From Bacteroidales bacterium (GTDB lineage Bacteria > Bacteroidota > Bacteroidia > Bacteroidales > VadinHA17): DNA of 64,000 bases. Both the position numbers and the translations under genes were made by a program. The stretch covers positions 6,234 to 70,233 of the forward strand of contig WXFE01000017.1 of assembly GCA_009881065.1 (NCBI GenBank), given 5' to 3'. The notes under the pieces were generated by a model. The model saw nothing but the letters and a program-made list of their open reading frames with translations, did no database searches and was not told the origin of the DNA. The number at the start of each line of letters is the position of its first letter. Within the stretch, counting starts at the first letter, position 1. Shown piece by piece: positions 26,216-35,520 of this stretch.

Positions 26216-26412
26216 CAGGACTGAATTGGTTTCAACAATAAAGTTAAATAAAAACGGTGACTAATGGCAAGATAACCGTAATGATTAAGCACCTGCGGTC
26301 TTCAACTTTTGGATCCGAAAACAATTTTGTAAAGAAAGCCATGATTATCATGACCATTAACACCAGAGTGAGTCTGGAGTTTTATTTTCATTTTAGCTGA
26401 GTTGTTCGGGAA

Positions 26413-26607
26413 CTACGGATTTTTTCGTCTGAGTTGAAGAATGCACGACATTCCAATCAGTAATGCCACAATGCAGGTCCCTGTCATTGCCACTCTGCTG
26501 TATGGGCCGGAAGGTGGCATTATGAGTGCTGTCAATGAAAGAATAAGGCAAATGATGCTCAGGATTAATCCTGCCCACAATATCTTCCTTCTTCTGCTGG
26601 TGTTCAT
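26413..26607 (-). CDS. Small 2-TM protein (hypothetical)
   Basis: 64 aa with a basic N-terminus, two hydrophobic helices and a basic C-terminus. There is no other support. Confidence 0.3.
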   Translation of the reverse strand: MNTSRRRKILWAGLILSIICLILSLTALIMPPSGPYSRVAMTGTCIVALLIGMSCILQLRRKNP

Positions 26608-26649
26608 GTCAGATTATTATTTGTTAGTGTACCAATCAGTGTGTCTGAG

Positions 26650-27215
26650 ATAGCAGATCTTCATCGAAGTTTTACATCTCAAATAGTCGACCCTTAACAA
26701 GTCATGTTAAAGATAGCCATTTGCGAACACTCCTATACAGATATTGTAAAGAGAAGCCAGCAAATTATCCAGTGAGTGAAGTATAAACACCAGGATTATA
26801 CCGCCCTCTTTTCGGTATCTCCCAAAGTAGTAAGCCAGGGCATAAATGATGCACCTTGTTTTCCTGACCAACAACATGGACCTTAATGCCACTGAGATTG
26901 CATTCCTTTATAAGAAGAGATGGGAAGTAGAGATGTTTTTCAAATGGATGAAGCAGCATCTTAAAATAAAAGCCTTCTGGGGAACTACTATCAATGCTGT
27001 GAAGATCCAGATATACTGTGCAATCATCGCTTATTGTCTGGTTGCTCTGGTTGGTTTCAAATTGAAAGTTGGACGTTCAATCTACGAAATATTACAGATC
27101 CTCAGCATCTCACTACTGGATAAAACGCCTGTAAAAGAGACACTTACGAAATGTGATTACAATAATGTTAAAGAACTTAATAATAATCAATTAATAATCA
27201 GTGGGTTTTAAGTGC
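26650..27215 (+). mobile_element. IS4-family (DDE_Tnp_1) transposase remnant; only the C-terminal third is intact
   Basis: ORF 26846-27211 reads VFLTNNMDLNATEIAFLYKKRWEVEMFFKWMKQHLKIKAFWGTTINAVKIQIYCAIIAYCLV, the conserved C-terminus of IS4-like transposases including the YKKRW-E-FFKW-K block. The upstream same-frame sequence (..PPSFRYLPK**ARA*) carries stops, and there is no N-terminal catalytic region. Confidence 0.7.
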
Positions 27216-27288
27216 CCACTAATGAACAGTAATCATAAAAGATAAAGGGTGCCTTTTTGAGACACCCATTTCTAAAGGATTTACCGTG

Positions 27289-27486
27289 TCAGTGAGTGGA
27301 ATTGTTTTTTCCCTTTTTCTTCTTCAGTAAGTACCTTGCTGCAGAATGAAGAAGTGAACCTGCCAAAAAGACAATCATTAAGATATTATCTGTTCGGCTT
27401 AACTCTTCAATTGCTATCAGCTTATACAACAAGTAGATTGCAATAATTAATAATCCTGTAAAAAGAATGATATTAACTAGTTTCAT
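27289..27486 (-). CDS. Small 2-TM protein (hypothetical)
   Basis: 65 aa with two hydrophobic helices and a lysine-rich tail. It lies in the AT-rich islet. Confidence 0.3.
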   Translation of the reverse strand: MKLVNIILFTGLLIIAIYLLYKLIAIEELSRTDNILMIVFLAGSLLHSAARYLLKKKKGKNNSTH

Positions 27487-27678
27487 GATCTACCTTTATT
27501 TTGAGAGATTAATTTTCAATTCAACCATGATGGCAAATAACCTCCCGATCCCAATGCTTAGCAATAAAGACAATGCCAGTGAAATTGCTAGCCATAAAGA
27601 AATCAGGCGATACAGTAATGAGTTTATGAATCCATAATTTAAACAGTCCTCAAAGAACTCACCCCCAAAAGCCTGTTT

Positions 27679-27891
27679 TTACACCTCTTTTGGTTTCCGT
27701 TTTCTAAATGTTGCATACAATCCACTTAGTACTACTACTGTGATTATTATCCGTGCAGGAATTTCCCCTTCCCGGAAAACCCAGAGCCAGATAAGCAGAG
27801 CGATCCCAAATAATAAAGATAATGGAAGTAAAACCTTTATGGGCAATCTGGTCTTTAAATAGTACACACCAACCATGATTAACACGAACAA
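27679..27891 (-). CDS. Small 2-TM protein (hypothetical)
   Basis: 70 aa with two or three hydrophobic segments and a basic tail RKRKPKEV. It is in the same reading frame as the ORF at 27289-27486. Confidence 0.3.
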   Translation of the reverse strand: MFVLIMVGVYYLKTRLPIKVLLPLSLLFGIALLIWLWVFREGEIPARIIITVVVLSGLYATFRKRKPKEV

Positions 27892-28344
27892 AACTACAAG
27901 TATGATCTCTATGATTATATGAAATTAATTATTATGGATTAATTGGCCAAATATCTCAATTTCAATAGGCTAAGACCTATTTTTTCAACAACACACCATC
28001 AATAATGAATTACCAAGTCATCTCAGAAGTGTGACAATATTCGCTTTCACAGTTCTTGATTCCAGCCTTAAATAAAGCCTCGTTGAAGAGTATCCCTGCT
28101 TCTTTACAGACATCTTCCCTCAAAGATTAACCAAATACAGTTTTATACATTTACACATATTAACAGGCAATTGCCGCAAGTTGTCCGGAGGCAAAGGAAG
28201 ATATAAATATTGAACCATTCACCTTACTCAAAAGAAATTACAGCAGAGCACAACTGCTGCTATTTTAATCTCTGATGATATGAAAAACAACCTCATCAAT
28301 ATGCTAACCACTCTGTTGAATGCTAAAGTATTTACAATTAGCCT

Positions 28345-28617
28345 TTAAAAAAAATCTTGCAAAATATAGAAAACACCAACTGGTTTGAGGGTTATTGCCC
28401 TTCTCCAATAAGTCTTGTCGTCTTTGCCGGGAAAGACCCTTTTCTGAAAATCTCTCAATGTCCAAAATTTACACACTATCGAAACTATTCCATACAATAG
28501 AAAAAATTCGCCTATTAATCCCGCCATTTTCACTGCAATGAGATAATCCATTCTTTGCAAATGAGATATGTACTTTACCAATAACATATTAATTATCTTA
28601 AAAATGCAGCATTTCAA
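28345..28617 (-). CDS. Hypothetical small membrane protein
   Basis: 90-aa ORF in AT-rich DNA with one clear hydrophobic helix. No family was recognised. Confidence 0.25.
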   Translation of the reverse strand: MKCCIFKIINMLLVKYISHLQRMDYLIAVKMAGLIGEFFLLYGIVSIVCKFWTLRDFQKRVFPGKDDKTYWRRAITLKPVGVFYILQDFF

Positions 28618-28675
28618 ATTTAAGAAGAGTTTTTATTAATGTCAATAGTTCGCGCAAGGGAAAGCGATCGACTGA

Positions 28676-29330
28676 CTAAAGTTGAAATAATAAAGTCAGG
28701 TTTATAACAAAATGAAAGACAACTGCATAAATAAACCCATATCTAATCCTTAAATACCCCGGTATTATTCCTGCAATAAACTGTGGTATAACCACTAACA
28801 GTGCAGGTAATATTTTATGGAATTCCATCCCCGGGAAATTTCCGAGGTGTATCAAAGTAAAGAGAATGGCAATTAAAAAAAGAAAAAACTGAAATGCTTG
28901 TAGAAATAAATCTCACAGCTTTTGAAAAGAATAATAACAAACCGGTTAGAAAGACTAATGAACAAAAAGCTATCGTCATTAGCATGTTGCCATTCACCAT
29001 AAAGAATACTGCCATTAACAAAGAGGCTATAGAAAGAATGATAAGATTCCTTCTATTGAAGATATACATCAGTCTGAAAAATGTCTCTTCAACTATGGGA
29101 GCTATGATTATTCCATAGTAAATCTGTCTCGGAAAAGCTATTTGGCCAACTTTTGAAGTCATTCCCAGGAGATCAGAGACAACGGCAGCTAACACCCCAA
29201 ATGGAATGGCCCAAAGGAAGTAAAAAAACAATAATTTAAGATATTCCTTTACCGGCAACCTGATCAAACTACGAGTATGTACAGGATTGCGTATAAAACA
29301 TAAAAAATCACTCATATAGACAAAAGACAC
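28676..29330 (-). pseudogene. CPBP (CAAX/Abi) family intramembrane metalloprotease, frameshifted
   Basis: The N-terminal ORF (28815-29330) carries motif 1, APIVEETFFR. A second frame continues FLIAILFTLIHLGNF...YGFIYAVVFHFVINLTLLFQL* to stop 28676-28678 and carries the FxxxH and HxxxN motifs. The frames switch around the A7/A6 runs at 28875-28888. Confidence 0.75.
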
Positions 29331-29586
29331 TACCCAAACTTATTGAGGAGTGTCTGCAATACTCATTTAAGGTTAGATCAATAGTGAAAACTACTGACTG
29401 CACTATCGCTGACTTATGACCGCAGACTTCACTCCCGCCAAGCGCGAACAACCTGCCCCCTGCCGCGCGCTGCCAAATGCCAACCGAAACCTGCAGACCT
29501 TACTCCAGCCAAACGCTAACCACCTGCAGCCAACCGCCCGCCATCTGTTGTCTGCCGTGCGCTGAGAACTGCCTGCCCACTCCCGC

Positions 29587-30132
29587 CTACTGCCTGTTGC
29601 CTGATTTCCTGGAGATTAACCTGACCAGCTGTTCATGCAACCGGACTGACCAGGTCTCAACCTCCGAATGACTCCGTGACTCACCTTCGCGAAGCAACCC
29701 GAGCAAAAGCCGCAACTTGAACCTCGACCGCTCACCAGGATGCAGTGACTCCCGCTCTTCAGCTTCACCACTGAAAAAACCTTCACTCATCGGGTGAACC
29801 ATACTTCTCACATGAGCCGTGTACTGCATGACCACCATCCTCGACTCAGCACCTTTATCCATATCCTGCGACGAAACGACAGTGAATATGGCAAACGGCT
29901 TCCTGCTCAAAACCGACCGGTTTCGCCTGACAAACTCAATGGCCTCCGGAACCCAGCATCCACCATGCTCCGGGCTCCCTGCAACAACAGCTGAAAAACC
30001 CTTTACCGTTGCCACACCGCTCATGGGCCTGACAGTTACATCAGCTCCCAGACCGGTCAATACCCGTGCCACACGCTCAGCCATACCGGCCGCCTGCCCT
30101 GATGTCCCCGCATGGGTTACAAGAATCTTCAT
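29587..30132 (-). CDS. Flavodoxin-like fold protein (HemG/flavodoxin_5-like)
   Basis: 181 aa. N-terminal MKILVTHAGTSGQAAGMAERVARVL followed by ...AVVAGSP...W matches the short flavodoxin-domain pattern. The specific function is not assignable. Confidence 0.5.
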   Translation of the reverse strand: MKILVTHAGTSGQAAGMAERVARVLTGLGADVTVRPMSGVATVKGFSAVVAGSPEHGGCWVPEAIEFVRRNRSVLSRKPFAIFTVVSSQDMDKGAESRMVVMQYTAHVRSMVHPMSEGFFSGEAEERESLHPGERSRFKLRLLLGLLREGESRSHSEVETWSVRLHEQLVRLISRKSGNRQ

Positions 30133-30231
30133 CGCTCCCGAACAAGGTTTAGATTCCCAAAAGTAATAAAAAGTGAACTACCTTTAACTCCGGGAAAGCG
30201 GCCTGAAATTCCCCGTTAACCGTTTTCTTGC

Positions 30232-30239
30232 TATTTTTG
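30232..30239 (+). promoter_or_regulatory. -7 promoter box TATTTTTG
   Basis: Exact TAnnTTTG match 14 nt upstream of ATG 30253. Confidence 0.4.
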
Positions 30240-30252
30240 CAAAAAGAGCACA

Positions 30253-30621
30253 ATGGCTATCCCGAGTTTCTTCAAACAGAACAAACCCCGCGGCTTCAAC
30301 TACAAGCCACGGTACTATGATCCGGTTAAGGATGAACTGGAACAGAGACGCAGGGCTTATGAGGAAGAGAGGAGAAAAAGCGGGGAAGAACCAGAAAATA
30401 TTGAGTCCTCCTCCACTGAAACTACGGAGGACGGACAGCCCGCCTTCGCTAAAGCTGCGGAGAAGAGAGCCCAACAACCATACCGCTCCAGGATAATGCG
30501 CGGTGACATGAGAAAACACTTCAACCGCAGACATGAGAGAGTGCAGAAACATTCCAACATCAGGCTGATTGTGATACTAATTATTCTGGCTTTTGTAGTC
30601 TATCTTTACCTCCGTTTTTAA
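30253..30621 (+). CDS. Conserved hypothetical tail-anchored protein
   Basis: 122 aa. N-terminal FFKQNKPRGFNYKPRYYDP, a charged middle region and a single C-terminal TM helix (IRLIVILIILAFVVYLYL). It sits directly upstream of mutL. Confidence 0.6.
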   Translation: MAIPSFFKQNKPRGFNYKPRYYDPVKDELEQRRRAYEEERRKSGEEPENIESSSTETTEDGQPAFAKAAEKRAQQPYRSRIMRGDMRKHFNRRHERVQKHSNIRLIVILIILAFVVYLYLRF

Positions 30622-30630
30622 TCGCACTGC

Positions 30631-32475
30631 ATGAGTGACATCATAAAGCTCCTGCCCGACTCCGTCGCCAACCAGATAGCAGCCGGCGAAGTTATCCAGC
30701 GCCCGGCCTCGGTGGTCAAGGAACTGACTGAGAACGCCGTTGACGCAGGAGCCACGGAGATAAGCGTCGTTATCCGCGATGCGGGACGCACCCTGGTACA
30801 GGTGATTGACAACGGCTGCGGCATGAGCGAGACCGATGCCCGCCTCGCATTCGAAAGACACGCTACCTCAAAGATCTCATCAGCTGATGACCTCTATATC
30901 ATAACTACCAAAGGATTCCGGGGCGAGGCACTCGCCTCAATAGTAGCAGTCTCAATGACCGAGTTGCGCACAAGGCGCGAAGAAGAGGAAGCAGGAACAC
31001 TCATTGAGATAAACAACTCGAGAGTAACCAGACAGGAACCATGCTCATGCGCCGCGGGATCAGTATTCAGCGTCAGGAACCTCTTTTACAATGTCCCCGC
31101 CCGCCGCAAATTCCTGAAGTCAGACACAACAGAGTTCAGGCATATCATCACCGAGTTCCAGCGTGTGGCGCTGGCACACCCCGAGATACGGTTCAACCTT
31201 ACCCACAATGACCAGGAGGTTTACCGCCTGCCGGCGGGAAATCACCGTCAGCGTATAGCAGGACTGTTCGGTAAACACTACAACCAGAATCTGGTAAGCG
31301 TGGAGACCGACACCTCCATAGTGACTGTAAAAGGTTACGCGGGGAAGCCTGAAAATGCCCGCCGCTCCGCCGGGGAACAGTTCTTCTTTGTGAACAACAG
31401 GTTCATCCGGCATCCATACCTTCACCGCGCCGTGCTTGAAGCTTACCATGGCCTCCTTCCTCCGGAGACGCTGCCGGCATACTTCATCTACCTGACCGCC
31501 GACCCGGCAACAATAGATGTCAACATTCACCCCACCAAAACCGAGGTCAAGTTTGAGGATGAGAGGTCTGTCTGGCAGATCATGCTGGCATCCGTCCGTG
31601 AGGCGCTGGGCCGGTTCAACGTTGTTCCGTCGCTTGACTTCGGACCTGAGAGCGCTGTGGAGATTCCCGTTATCATTGGCAACACCGCTCCTCCACCGGT
31701 GCCGCAGATAGAGTTTGAACACACCTTCAATCCCTTCGAGGGAACCGAATACCAGAGACCTGAAACGAAATGGCAATGGGATGCCGAACGCAATCCTCCC
31801 CGCGACTGGGAGTCGCTTTTCACCATTACCACCCGCAGCGGAGACAAGGATGAGAGCGGGAGCGGAGACAGAATATCAGGCGGGCAATCAGCAGATGCCG
31901 GAGAGGTGACAGGCCAGCGCCGTTTTTTCCAGGTGAAGAACCGCTACATAATGTGCCATGTGATCTCAGGCATTATGATGATTGACCAGAAGAGAGCGCA
32001 TGAGAGAGTGCTCTACGAGAAGTACCTTGCCTCGCTCGACGACGGCCCGAAACCTGCACAGATATCGCTTTTCCCGGTGGAAGTGGAGCTCAACCCGGCA
32101 GACATGGTTATCATTGAAGAGATCGCCGGCCAGCTCAGGATGCTCGGATTTGAGATAACAACCGGCAGGGAAGGCATTGTGACTATCACCGGCCATCCCG
32201 CTGCAAGCCGCAATGCAAGCCCCCTGTCGATGCTCGAAACAATCATCGCTGAATACAAGCACTCAATGGAAGACCCGGCCATAGGTGAACGCGAACGGAT
32301 TGCCCTCTCCATGGCCAGGGCTTCAGCTATCCAGTACGGCACCCCGCTGACAGACACAGAGATGGAGGAACTCTTTGACATGCTCTTTGCCTGCTCTTTG
32401 CCAAACTACTCTCCCTCAGGCAAAATAGTGATGAGCATCATCACCCTCGAGGAGCTTGACCGGAGATTCAGCTGA
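30631..32475 (+). CDS. mutL: DNA mismatch repair protein MutL
   Basis: N-terminal GHKL ATPase domain (IKLLPDSVANQIAAGEVIQRPASVVKELTENAVDAGA, DNGCGM, GFRGEAL) and a C-terminal dimerisation domain. Confidence 0.95.
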   Translation: MSDIIKLLPDSVANQIAAGEVIQRPASVVKELTENAVDAGATEISVVIRDAGRTLVQVIDNGCGMSETDARLAFERHATSKISSADDLYIITTKGFRGEALASIVAVSMTELRTRREEEEAGTLIEINNSRVTRQEPCSCAAGSVFSVRNLFYNVPARRKFLKSDTTEFRHIITEFQRVALAHPEIRFNLTHNDQEVYRLPAGNHRQRIAGLFGKHYNQNLVSVETDTSIVTVKGYAGKPENARRSAGEQFFFVNNRFIRHPYLHRAVLEAYHGLLPPETLPAYFIYLTADPATIDVNIHPTKTEVKFEDERSVWQIMLASVREALGRFNVVPSLDFGPESAVEIPVIIGNTAPPPVPQIEFEHTFNPFEGTEYQRPETKWQWDAERNPPRDWESLFTITTRSGDKDESGSGDRISGGQSADAGEVTGQRRFFQVKNRYIMCHVISGIMMIDQKRAHERVLYEKYLASLDDGPKPAQISLFPVEVELNPADMVIIEEIAGQLRMLGFEITTGREGIVTITGHPAASRNASPLSMLETIIAEYKHSMEDPAIGERERIALSMARASAIQYGTPLTDTEMEELFDMLFACSLPNYSPSGKIVMSIITLEELDRRFS

Positions 32476-32527
32476 TATTCGGGCAGAATGGCTACATTTG
32501 CGGACTGAAATATGTGAAAACAACAAG

Positions 32528-33262
32528 ATGAACAGAATACTTTCAGGAACTCCCCCGGTGGTGAGAAAACTCATCATCATCAATGTGGTTATGCTCCTGC
32601 TTAATGAACTGCTCAGGCTGACCTCAGGCATCAACCTGAACGGCATGCTGGGGCTTTACTTCCCTAAATCGGAGTTCTTCCGCTCATGGCAGATAGTAAC
32701 ACATATGTTTATGCACGGCGGATTTATTCATCTGTTTTTCAATATGTTCGCACTATGGATGTTCGGAAGGATACTCGAGCAGGTGTGGGGACCGAAGCGG
32801 TTCCTGCTCTATTACCTGGTGACAGGCCTCGGCGCAGCCTTCTTCTTCGAGCTTGTGCAATGGATCCAGTACAACAAGGTGATGGCAATACTCTCTCCCG
32901 AGCAGATTCAATACATATATGATGTTGGCGGTGATGCGGTCAGCCAGGGCAAGAATTTCACTGACAGCCATATGGGAAGGCTTAACTCGATTCTCAACGT
33001 ACCCGTTGTGGGAGCATCAGGCGCCGTCTTTGGTGTGCTGCTGGCCTTCGGGATGCTATTCCCCAACACTCAGCTGATGTTCATATTTCCGCCAATTCCG
33101 GTTAAGGCAAAATACGTTGTCATCGGGTATGCTGCCATTGAGCTTTACCTTGCCATCACCAGTCCCGGAAGCGGAATAGCCCATACCGCCCACCTCGGAG
33201 GGATGATCTTCGGCTACATCCTCATAAGGTACTGGCGCAAGACAACTAAAACCCTTTACTGA
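32528..33262 (+). CDS. Rhomboid family intramembrane serine protease
   Basis: I prefer ATG 32528 (MNRILSG...). Motifs are HMFMHGGFIHLFFNM, the catalytic GASGAVFG and the downstream AHLGGM. Confidence 0.85.
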   Translation: MNRILSGTPPVVRKLIIINVVMLLLNELLRLTSGINLNGMLGLYFPKSEFFRSWQIVTHMFMHGGFIHLFFNMFALWMFGRILEQVWGPKRFLLYYLVTGLGAAFFFELVQWIQYNKVMAILSPEQIQYIYDVGGDAVSQGKNFTDSHMGRLNSILNVPVVGASGAVFGVLLAFGMLFPNTQLMFIFPPIPVKAKYVVIGYAAIELYLAITSPGSGIAHTAHLGGMIFGYILIRYWRKTTKTLY

Positions 33263-34176
33263 TGAGCATCTGGAACGAAATAAAGAGCTCATTCAGACGT
33301 GGCTCCACCCTGACGCGGCTGATGTACATTAACGGCGCCATCTTTCTGTTTATCAAGATCATTGAAGTAATAGGGGTCCTTACCTCCAATCCCGGCCTGG
33401 CAACGGCAGTAATATCGAACCTGGCAGTTCCGGCATCTACCTCCGCCCTGGTCTTCAAGCCATGGACCCCGGTCACCTACATGTTTACCCACCAGGGATT
33501 CATTCACCTGCTCTTTAACCTTCTGTGGCTCTATTGGTTCGGTAAAATTTTCCTGGCATACCTCGATCAGCGGAAGCTGGTCTCAGTTTATATAATGGGA
33601 GGTCTTGCCGGGGCGCTTCTTTACATCATTGTCTTCAATCTCTTCCCGGCCTTCGCGTCAGCGGTAAATATCTCAATCGCGCTGGGCGCCTCAGCCTCGG
33701 TAATGGCGCTGGTAATAGCCACGGCTGTCTACCTTCCCGACCTCGAGCTGCACCTCCTGTTTATCGGAAGGGTGAAACTTAAATACCTGGCACTGATAAC
33801 CTTCCTTATCACCTCAGTATTTGATTTTTCGGTTAATACCGGTGGCAAGATCGCCCATATCGGCGGTGCGGTGATGGGATTTGCATACGGGCAGGGTTTG
33901 AGAAATGGCAGGGATTTTGGAGCATGGCTAAGCAGGATACTCGACTTCTTTGTCAATCTGTTCAGACCGGGGAAAGGGCTCAGGGTGAAATACAAGAGGG
34001 CCGGAGCATCCTTCAATACAAAAAAGACGAAAACCGATTACGATTACAACTCCGCAAAAGCCGAAAGGCAGAAGGAGATAGACCATATACTCGACAAAAT
34101 TTCTAAGGGAGGTTATGACAGTCTCACGAAGGAAGAAAAAACGATTCTTTTCAGCGAGAGCCAGAAAAAAGGATAG
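33262..34176 (+). CDS. Rhomboid family protein (second copy, with C-terminal soluble extension)
   Basis: Motifs HQGFIHLLFNL, GASASVMA and AHIGGAVMG. There is a 1-nt overlap with the upstream rhomboid stop. Confidence 0.8.
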   Translation: MSIWNEIKSSFRRGSTLTRLMYINGAIFLFIKIIEVIGVLTSNPGLATAVISNLAVPASTSALVFKPWTPVTYMFTHQGFIHLLFNLLWLYWFGKIFLAYLDQRKLVSVYIMGGLAGALLYIIVFNLFPAFASAVNISIALGASASVMALVIATAVYLPDLELHLLFIGRVKLKYLALITFLITSVFDFSVNTGGKIAHIGGAVMGFAYGQGLRNGRDFGAWLSRILDFFVNLFRPGKGLRVKYKRAGASFNTKKTKTDYDYNSAKAERQKEIDHILDKISKGGYDSLTKEEKTILFSESQKKG

Positions 34177-35302
34177 CGGTATCAGGCGCTTCACGCGAAA
34201 CACACTGCTGGCGGTCAACCTTTTACTGGTTATCCTCCTGGTGCTGGCATACATTTCAATCTATATCAATCCTGCAACGATAGCATTCCCTGCCCTTTTC
34301 GGGCTTGCATACCCCTATATCGCTGCCATGAACGTTATCATGGTCATCGTCTGGATCCTCTTCAGGAAATGGTATGCGCTGCTGTCTGCAATTGCACTTG
34401 CGGCAGGATTCGGGTATATCCACAACTTCATCAGGTTCACCAACCATGGGAAGGAGGAGCATCATGACCTTAAGTTACTAAGTTACAACGTACGTCTGTT
34501 CAATAATTATGAGTCGGACGAGAAGAACACCCACAGCAGGGTGCTTCAGCTTCTGAGGAAGGAGAATCCGGGGATTATCTGCCTGCAGGAGTATTATGTC
34601 AGGGGTGACCCGGCAGTTGGTGAGAGAAAACTTAAGGAGGGCGTGGGAGGAAACAGATACACCCACTTCAAACTGATAAAGAGCGGAACGGCCAGCCGGT
34701 ACGGTATTGCTACCATATCACGCTATCCGATCATTTACAGGGGCGATGTCATTCATCCGGGGTCATCATCACTGACCATCTTCAGCGATATCGTTGTTGA
34801 CACTGACACTTTCAGGGTTTACAACAACCACCTGCAGTCGTTTCGCCTGCGGCGCATGGAAAGGAATCTGCTCAGCGAGCTTGCCGGTGAGGAGAGAGGG
34901 CGCTCCATGGATAACATCTCAGATATTTACAAGAGCCTGATGCAGGGATTTGCCAGTCGTGCCCTGCAGGTTGACCGTGTAAGGAGACACATGGAGTTGT
35001 CGCCCTACCCGGTGATTGTTGCAGGCGATTTCAATGACACGCCGGTTTCATATACATACCGCGTTATGCGCCGCGGATTGAACGATGCATTTGTGGAGGC
35101 GGGTTACGGGGCCGGGTTTACCTATCGCGGCAAGTACCCGCCCAACCGGATAGACTATATCATCTACGGCGAAGGAATTGAGTGTACTGATTTTGACATT
35201 GTCAAGGTCAGGTATTCAGATCACTACCCGGTCATTGCCTATTTCAGGCGCGCTGACCGGATGGCGGTTCCAAAAGAGAAAATCTCCCGCCGGAAGCAGT
35301 AG
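34115..35302 (+). CDS. Membrane-anchored endonuclease/exonuclease/phosphatase family protein
   Basis: N-terminal TM helices followed by the EEP motifs LLSYNV, CLQE, NNHLQS, GDFNDTP and SDHYPV. Confidence 0.8.
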   Translation: MTVSRRKKKRFFSARARKKDSGIRRFTRNTLLAVNLLLVILLVLAYISIYINPATIAFPALFGLAYPYIAAMNVIMVIVWILFRKWYALLSAIALAAGFGYIHNFIRFTNHGKEEHHDLKLLSYNVRLFNNYESDEKNTHSRVLQLLRKENPGIICLQEYYVRGDPAVGERKLKEGVGGNRYTHFKLIKSGTASRYGIATISRYPIIYRGDVIHPGSSSLTIFSDIVVDTDTFRVYNNHLQSFRLRRMERNLLSELAGEERGRSMDNISDIYKSLMQGFASRALQVDRVRRHMELSPYPVIVAGDFNDTPVSYTYRVMRRGLNDAFVEAGYGAGFTYRGKYPPNRIDYIIYGEGIECTDFDIVKVRYSDHYPVIAYFRRADRMAVPKEKISRRKQ

Positions 35303-35322
35303 ATGAAAATCACCCGCACTAA

Positions 35323-35520
35323 CTGAACAGAAACTTCGACAAGTCAGCTTATCTGCCAGGGGAAAGAACAGGTATCAGTTATCCACCCTGACCGGACGAA
35401 AGTTTTGACAGGTCAGCTTATCAGTAAGGGAAAAAATGAGTACCAGTCATTCTCGCTGACCGAACGGAAGTTTCGACAGGTCAGCATTCCCGCCGGAAAC
35501 AATAATTGCACTTCTTTTGC
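35323..35520. repeat. About 65-68 bp tandem repeat x3; the third copy is the 3' coding end of the PLP-enzyme gene
   Basis: Copies start at 35323, 35388 and 35456, with a shared core CTGAmC.GAmmGaAAsTTTyGACArGTCAGC(TTATC). Copy 3 encodes ...ADLSKLPFGQRE* on the minus strand. Confidence 0.8.

Noticed and set aside
30184-30560. Minus-strand ORFs (122 and 67 aa) overlapping the 30253-30621 gene.
   Set aside because: The plus-strand ORF has a -7 box, a conserved-looking N-terminus and a C-terminal TM anchor, and it is positioned as the mutL upstream gene. The antisense ORFs have none of these.
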